A stretch of 20,000 bases of DNA from IMG/VR virus record IMGVR_UViG_3300009154_000048; one strand, 5' to 3'. The notes beneath the pieces are model-generated. The model was given only the letters and a program-made list of their open reading frames with translations. It was not told the DNA's origin and did no database searches. Each line of letters opens with the position of its first letter. Position 1 is the stretch's first letter. Source of the DNA: an uncultured virus (IMG/VR IMGVR_UViG_3300009154_000048) (taxonomy: Duplodnaviria; Heunggongvirae; Uroviricota; Caudoviricetes). Positions 14,101-20,000 of this stretch are shown piece after piece. The position numbers were made by a program, and so were the translations under genes.

Positions 14101-17100
14101 ATTGCTCCCTCAATTCATCTATTTGGTCTTTGTTTATTATTGACTCGTAGATGACTTCAAAAGGTATACTCTTAAATAAGTCATACGTAGGATCAGAAAA
14201 GTTTCTTGCTCCTATATAATCAATTATTTCTGAAAAGTCACTAGTGTTGTTTCTATAAATATTTTCATAACTTACCTCTAAGTATGGTATTCCATTATGA
14301 TCAAAATGGTTTTTCCATCCATTATATCTGGACAATACCCCGTCTATCCACCCAGATGCCCATTCCTCATCTATTCTAAAAGGTTCTACTTCTTTTACAT
14401 CGACCCCAGTATGCCATACCCCGCTGCTGTGAGCATACGCACAATCTATCATGGCATTAAAAATATTTTGCCTGCCCAATAGAATTACTTTGAATTCATC
14501 GCTTATGTTGTTATATGGAACTGATTCTGGCTCATCCCAAATATTAAATCTAAAACCGCAAAACTTCTTATCATTACTCATCAAGATTAAGTCCCAATAA
14601 GAACTTAAAAAGTCAGAAGGTGACGTTATTCTGTTGTAATCCAAAACTTGTGATATTCTTGTTCTGTCCTTTTGAAAAATGTCATGATCCAAGAATATGT
14701 CTTTATGTTTACAAAGAACTTGCTTCATATTATTAAACCCACATCTCGGTTGCGTTAGTATGATAAATTTTTGTCTATCTGCGTTTTGTATGTTTATATT
14801 GGTGAATAGATTTGATGAATTTATTTGTTTGGTCTTGACTTCCCTATTAATTCTATCTGGAATTTTTGATATTATTCCAATAGAGCCGACTGTCTGTTTG
14901 ACATATTCTGGTGGTATCTTTTCAAAGACATTGCTGAAGTTTGAATCAAATATTACAGTGCCCTCGGTCGAAAGATACTTTTCTATTTTACTGAAAGATG
15001 TTACATAGTCAAACACCATGATCACATCACATTTTTCTTCAATATACTTTACTTCTTCAAAATCCACACCTTTCAGTATGTTTTTGTTTCCTAATATACA
15101 AACTTTCTTATTTTCGCAGATCATTTTTATCAATTTTGACTCGGTCTCATCGCCCAAGTCGTCAATATGTTTAGAAGAATCTTCTATTCCTCTCCAAACA
15201 TAATCCGTCTTGGATAGAAAAATTTCTGGCTTACTGCTGTCTCCCCATTTTTTTGGTAGATTCTCTATGTCGAATCCTTTTTCTAAAACGCCGTATGAAT
15301 ACCAGTCATCATGGAAATAATGGTCTTGTTCTTGGAAGCAAAAGCCTCCTATGTCATCCCACAATTTCTTTCTAGTGAATATGAAGCTTCCATTTGGCAA
15401 GTACAGTCTTTTGAAATTGTTGTCTAGAGCATTTAGTAGTTTACCAGAGAACCAACTGGCATTTACTAGTTTGTGGGATTCTTTATTGGTCAAATTCGGA
15501 TTGGCATTTGGTCTTATATTGTACTCAAGGGTTTCTCCACTCCAAAAAGTTCCTGGGCAACGGACGTCGTCATAATGCCAGCCTATTAGTCCAGTTTTTT
15601 CATTTTGCTCCATTCTATTCAAACACCATTCTACGCACTCTTCACTAACAAGCATATCGTTGTTGATAACTGCTATGTATTTCCCTTTTGCATATTGCGT
15701 AGCCAACGCCAATCCATTTATGTGTCCATGGTTTTTTGTGGCGAATATAAGCTTGTCAATTATTCCCAAGTTGTTAAAGTGTTTCAAAGTTTCACGATGA
15801 ATTACGCTTTCATCATGAACTACTGCTATTATTTCATGCTTTGAATTTTTCCACTGTGTGAATCTTTGCATCCATTCATAAGTCATCAGTGTTTCTTTTC
15901 CGTAAGTAGTAAACAAAATGGAAACCAGTTTGTCTTTTTCTGGCGTGATGTCAATTCTGTCAAAGGTTGACATGTTGCCATTTTTTATAGATTCGCTATG
16001 AGTTTTCCTATAAGCGTATATCTTTTTGTTTTTAATTACCACGGCTCTTCTTTTGGATTCAAATATTTCTTTAACTTTATCGATGTCTTTTTTGACGGGA
16101 TTTACAATTACGATCTGTCCATTAAAAAATTCATGTATATTTCTGTCTCTATACTTTGCGTTATCTAAGTCATATTTCACGCATTTAATGTTTTTTACAT
16201 TGTTTACAACAAAGATATCTCTAACCATATTATCGGAAATTAAGTATTGAATATCTTTGACTGAAACGCGCTTGTTAAAAATAACAGTTATGCTATCAAC
16301 GGGACTAATGAAATTGCAACCAATGTATTTTAGAAGTTCATCCTTGCCCATTTTGTTGACTTTTGCATACTCTTCATAGTTGGAATTCCAGTACTCTGTG
16401 CCCAAACCATTTTCTTCATCACTTCTGGAATGGTTCATGTGGTAACAGGTTGACTTTTTGGAGTTGTATCTTGTATGTCCAAGAATCTCAAATCTAGCCT
16501 CTATCTCATCATCCTCAAATCCCCATTGATAGAAGTTCTCATTGTAATTGCCGCACTGGTTCAGACATTCGCGATCAAACATGACGCAACCGCCATTGTT
16601 TCCGCCGCCTGATGTGTGATAGCGAGTGCTAAATCTTATTTTATATCCGGGATCAATTGTGTCTGATGGAAAATCCTTTAGTTTGGTGTAATTGATATCC
16701 TTGGTAAATTTGTTTAACACATCTCCGTCAATATCAACAAACCAACCGTTATAAGGATAAGATATTTTGTAATTATCATTTATTATACTGTCAACAGAAT
16801 CTTTTATTCCGTCTGGTTTTATGATGGCATCGATGTCCCACACGCACACTATTTTTCTTTTTGATAAACTAATGCCGATATTTATAGCCGATGTTTTATT
16901 GTATGTTTCTTTGACGTGGCGATATTCTACATTCTTGTTGTGATACAAAATTTTACATTTTTCACTCTGCATTTCCACGACGTATATCTTGTAGTTAACA
17001 AAAAACTTCTGTATGTATTTCAATAAGCAAGTTATATTTCTAAATCTTTCTACTGTATCGATATAGGTTGGAATAATTATGTCAACGTCTGTCAAATCAT

Positions 17101-18820
17101 ATTTGTTTCTATGTTCAGACAATCTGATGCTGTAGTTAAAACAATCATTAGTTATCTCTAAATTCATTCTCGTATCAAATTTGACATGCTTGAATCCATT
17201 GTTAACGTATGACCATAATTCATCGCCAGCCATCCCTTGTATTTTGTCAAACTCTGTAAGGTTGCTGTCAAAGAAGTTGTTATAGTGACTATCAGTACTT
17301 CTGTCGTGTTGTAGATGATACGCATTAAAACTACTATTTCTTTCTATCTTATTTCCTAAAATCTTGACTCTGACTTCTATTTCATTATCTTCACAACCAT
17401 ATGATATTATGTTTGGGTTGTAGCCACCACATTTTAAAAATTCTTCTTTGGAGAACATGAAAGCGCCGCCGGTGCAATCATACGTCATTTCGCCATATAG
17501 AATTGAAATATTGTTGCTATTTAGTATGTTTTTATTTAAGTGATTTACTGTTGGCAAAGAGTTTATTATTTCTCTGCTTATCAAGTCTTTTTCTTTGAAC
17601 ATGTCCTTTTTTATTTCGAGCATGTATGAGTTGTAAGGAAATATGAAAGACGTTTCTTTGTCGAGCAGCCTGCGTAAGGAAGTTATTATGGCTTCTGGTT
17701 TAAAAATTACGTCACAATCATAGGCCAATATGAAATCATTTTTTGCCAATGCTATGCCGTAGTTGAAGTTCCATGTCTTATGAAAGCAATTTTCATTTCT
17801 TCTAAACACATGTTTGAACCCGAAAGAATTGACTATTTGTTCAAGTCTTGAAGATGAGTCTTGTTCGACGACTATAAGTTCAAAATCTTTGAAGTTTTCT
17901 TTAAAATACGACAATACAATTTGAATGTTTTTTAATCTATCAACTGTGTCTATTTTGACTGGTATTACTACTGATAGTTTGTTGTCAAGAGATATAACAC
18001 CATTTATTACGGTATGATCTGTAAATACGTGCTCTGATTTTATTTTTATATGTTCTTTTATTGAATTGGTGGAGTTTTCATCATTGATGCAACTTTTTTT
18101 TTCACATTCATCAATTATTTTCTTGTTGTTTTCTTCGTTTGAGGGTGACTTGGGATGCCATAGATGAACTCCTTTAGATGATTCGACTGTATGAACTGTG
18201 TATTTTCTTTGCATTCTTTTTGCAAATTCTATATCCTCCCAACTCCAGCCTTCAAATAATTCATTCATTCCATTTTCATCGTCGTATATTGATTTTTTAA
18301 CTATAAAAGACAATGGTCCGAATTTTGATACTGTATCCCGAATATCGCCTTTTTTTATAGTTAACTTTTTATTATGCCTATACCATTCTGTCTCTTCCTT
18401 TTTTAATTTAACAATATAGTTGAAAGGCTTTACAACTTCATGGTCATTTTCTATACATTTTAGAACATCATTCCATTTTAAAATTACATCAGCATCAACT
18501 TGCCAAATGTATTTTGTTTTCGCATTCTTTGATCCAATATTAACAAGTTTTGATTTGTTTATTTGTTTTGAATCTGATATGTTTTCTACATATAATACAT
18601 TGGAATAAGTTAGCAAATGACTCTTTAAACGGCTTGTGCCATTGTGTTGTTCACATACTATAACACGTATGTCAGCAGATTCTACTGAGTTCAATACACA
18701 AATTATGTTATCAAACCTTTCATCCGATGAGTCAAAAAATGGAATTATTATGGATATTTCATTGGAATTCATGACGACCTTTTCCTTTTGATAATATAGT
18801 GCATCTAGGGGGTTATTCAT
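14093..18820 (-). CDS. Multidomain glycosyltransferase: three GT2/GT7-like modules, one GT2 module and a C-terminal Stf0-like sulfotransferase domain
   Basis: Three repeats of (I/V)IP...NK/HK...N.G...DxD...G.N..(W/Y)..ED.E...R...H..H; a fourth module with YIAVINNDMLV...IGGF; C-terminal FIILTQPRCG...VILLGRQN...VSYE. Alternative start at 18772. Confidence 0.88.
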   Translation of the reverse strand: MNNPLDALYYQKEKVVMNSNEISIIIPFFDSSDERFDNIICVLNSVESADIRVIVCEQHNGTSRLKSHLLTYSNVLYVENISDSKQINKSKLVNIGSKNAKTKYIWQVDADVILKWNDVLKCIENDHEVVKPFNYIVKLKKEETEWYRHNKKLTIKKGDIRDTVSKFGPLSFIVKKSIYDDENGMNELFEGWSWEDIEFAKRMQRKYTVHTVESSKGVHLWHPKSPSNEENNKKIIDECEKKSCINDENSTNSIKEHIKIKSEHVFTDHTVINGVISLDNKLSVVIPVKIDTVDRLKNIQIVLSYFKENFKDFELIVVEQDSSSRLEQIVNSFGFKHVFRRNENCFHKTWNFNYGIALAKNDFILAYDCDVIFKPEAIITSLRRLLDKETSFIFPYNSYMLEIKKDMFKEKDLISREIINSLPTVNHLNKNILNSNNISILYGEMTYDCTGGAFMFSKEEFLKCGGYNPNIISYGCEDNEIEVRVKILGNKIERNSSFNAYHLQHDRSTDSHYNNFFDSNLTEFDKIQGMAGDELWSYVNNGFKHVKFDTRMNLEITNDCFNYSIRLSEHRNKYDLTDVDIIIPTYIDTVERFRNITCLLKYIQKFFVNYKIYVVEMQSEKCKILYHNKNVEYRHVKETYNKTSAINIGISLSKRKIVCVWDIDAIIKPDGIKDSVDSIINDNYKISYPYNGWFVDIDGDVLNKFTKDINYTKLKDFPSDTIDPGYKIRFSTRYHTSGGGNNGGCVMFDRECLNQCGNYNENFYQWGFEDDEIEARFEILGHTRYNSKKSTCYHMNHSRSDEENGLGTEYWNSNYEEYAKVNKMGKDELLKYIGCNFISPVDSITVIFNKRVSVKDIQYLISDNMVRDIFVVNNVKNIKCVKYDLDNAKYRDRNIHEFFNGQIVIVNPVKKDIDKVKEIFESKRRAVVIKNKKIYAYRKTHSESIKNGNMSTFDRIDITPEKDKLVSILFTTYGKETLMTYEWMQRFTQWKNSKHEIIAVVHDESVIHRETLKHFNNLGIIDKLIFATKNHGHINGLALATQYAKGKYIAVINNDMLVSEECVEWCLNRMEQNEKTGLIGWHYDDVRCPGTFWSGETLEYNIRPNANPNLTNKESHKLVNASWFSGKLLNALDNNFKRLYLPNGSFIFTRKKLWDDIGGFCFQEQDHYFHDDWYSYGVLEKGFDIENLPKKWGDSSKPEIFLSKTDYVWRGIEDSSKHIDDLGDETESKLIKMICENKKVCILGNKNILKGVDFEEVKYIEEKCDVIMVFDYVTSFSKIEKYLSTEGTVIFDSNFSNVFEKIPPEYVKQTVGSIGIISKIPDRINREVKTKQINSSNLFTNINIQNADRQKFIILTQPRCGFNNMKQVLCKHKDIFLDHDIFQKDRTRISQVLDYNRITSPSDFLSSYWDLILMSNDKKFCGFRFNIWDEPESVPYNNISDEFKVILLGRQNIFNAMIDCAYAHSSGVWHTGVDVKEVEPFRIDEEWASGWIDGVLSRYNGWKNHFDHNGIPYLEVSYENIYRNNTSDFSEIIDYIGARNFSDPTYDLFKSIPFEVIYESIINKDQIDELREQYE

Positions 18821-18903
18821 TCAAAAATTGAATATTTGGATGGCAAAATGCCCTTCTGTAGTGAGCTGTTTATTATTCTTTCTCTTTGCGGTTATTGTCT
18901 CAT

Positions 18904-19086
18904 ATGGATAATAAGCAGCGGGATAAGATTGCCGAAGTTATACGGCTGTGTAATGAGAAGATAGAGGACCAGAGGCGTCATGAGGCCGGGGCTGGTTATG
19001 GTGAAGACTATGCGGACGGTCGGGTGGTGGGTGGAGCCGCCTTGGCCCGGAGGGTTCTTCAGTTGTTGAAGGACGTGCATTGGTAA
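18904..19086 (+). CDS. Hypothetical protein (60 aa)
   Basis: ATG inside the TTG-started ORF of the track; plausible composition; co-oriented with the next gene. Confidence 0.6.
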   Translation: MDNKQRDKIAEVIRLCNEKIEDQRRHEAGAGYGEDYADGRVVGGAALARRVLQLLKDVHW

Positions 19087-19115
19087 AAAAAAAGTTCTGC
19101 GGCATACCATAGTTC

Positions 19116-20000
19116 ATGAGAGAAAATGAATTAAACATGCGGAGGGGTACGGCGGCACAGTGGAGGGGAATAAATCCCATCCTTGCGACTGGCGAACCTG
19201 GATTTGAGTCGGACACTAAGAAATTGAAGTTCGGGGACGGCACGACGGCTTGGAACAATCTTCCCTACTTCCATGTGGACGGTGGTGAACTTTCGCTCAA
19301 TTGCACCGAAGCTCCCGGAGAGCCGCTACTAGGAGGCCCGGGATTAAAGGTGAAGGGGTCTTGGTGCGCTCCTGCGTTGACCGGCGGGTATATATCGCAT
19401 TACGTGATGCAGCAGGCTGCCGTGAATCTTGATTTTTCAACCGGGGATGTGTTCGAACTCGGACCGTGGGATTGGGAAGATGTACCCATCACGCAGCCGA
19501 TGAACCCGTACAGGGTTAATTGCGAAGGACTCACCTTAGTCTATTTTTACAGGATCGCCGCTGTAAATTCATGCGGACAAGGTCCATGGTCTACTGAGTC
19601 GGCCATGGGCACCAACGACTGCCTAAGCTCCAGCAGCAGTTCCGCTGGTTCAAGCAGTTCGTCTTCGTCTGGAAGTAGTAGCAGCACAAGTGGCAGCAGC
19701 AGTAGCGAAGATACGCCCTGCGCTCCTCCTTTTTGCCAATGCGGCTATATCATGCATTACGACCAACCCGGTCCATGCTTCCCCTACGATTGCCTGCCTT
19801 GCAGCAGCAGTTCATCTAGCAGTTCATCTGGAGATTCCTGCCCTGCTCCTTGGATGAATATTTTATTGAGTGATGGTTCGCTCGTTCCTGCTGGTGAACT
19901 CAAGCCCGGAATGATGGTAAGAACCAATCATGAAGACACTATGGTGATGGGTTCTTACGAAGTGACCCATGTTTCTACGGTTGAGGCAGAAAGATTACAA
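19116..20000 (+). CDS. Tail-fibre/adhesin-like protein: Mtd_N-like + FN3 + Ser/Cys-rich linker + Hint domain (partial)
   Basis: Translated by hand: RRGTAAQW..NPILATGEPGFESDTKKLKFGDGTTAWNNLPY; YFYRIAAVNSCGQGPWS; poly-Ser runs; CPAPWMNILLSDGSLVPAGELKPGMMV. Open to the window end. Confidence 0.85.
   Translation, partial: MRENELNMRRGTAAQWRGINPILATGEPGFESDTKKLKFGDGTTAWNNLPYFHVDGGELSLNCTEAPGEPLLGGPGLKVKGSWCAPALTGGYISHYVMQQAAVNLDFSTGDVFELGPWDWEDVPITQPMNPYRVNCEGLTLVYFYRIAAVNSCGQGPWSTESAMGTNDCLSSSSSSAGSSSSSSSGSSSSTSGSSSSEDTPCAPPFCQCGYIMHYDQPGPCFPYDCLPCSSSSSSSSSGDSCPAPWMNILLSDGSLVPAGELKPGMMVRTNHEDTMVMGSYEVTHVSTVEAERLQ

Noticed and set aside
19116..20000. Diversity-generating retroelement suggested by the Mtd_N domain
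   Set aside because: No reverse transcriptase is present, and no repeat pair shows adenine-specific mismatches; Mtd_N also occurs outside DGRs.
1..20000. tRNA, rRNA or transposase genes
   Set aside because: None recognisable by eye; the intergenic gaps are short.

Overview
The window looks like part of a large tailed-phage genome, with T4-like late-promoter and capsid-targeting motifs; the host cannot be determined and no hallmark structural or replication gene is present. It has four parts. (1) 1-7711 is a minus-strand array of small accessory genes. It holds seven members of one uncharacterised paralog family that shares an N-terminal MKW(D/N)..K..L helix and a C-terminal IPKE.AEKFLVLG.P motif around very divergent middles. 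A 27-bp motif (CCTGA-N3-CTC-N4-YCAGAYRGTT) recurs between the gene blocks. (2) 7747-10495 holds small, probably late genes with CATA(A/G/T)ATA boxes and MKxFxEWL N-termini. These include a ParB/Srx-domain gene inside an exact 55-bp direct repeat and a prepilin-like protein. (3) 10686-18820 is an AT-rich glycan-biosynthesis island with GT-B-like, GT2, SGNH-like and GT8 genes plus a 1575-aa four-GT/sulfotransferase-like polyprotein. (4) 19116 to the window end is the start of a tail-fibre-like gene with Mtd_N, FN3, Ser/Cys-rich linker and Hint regions. All domain calls come from motif recognition by eye, not database searches.
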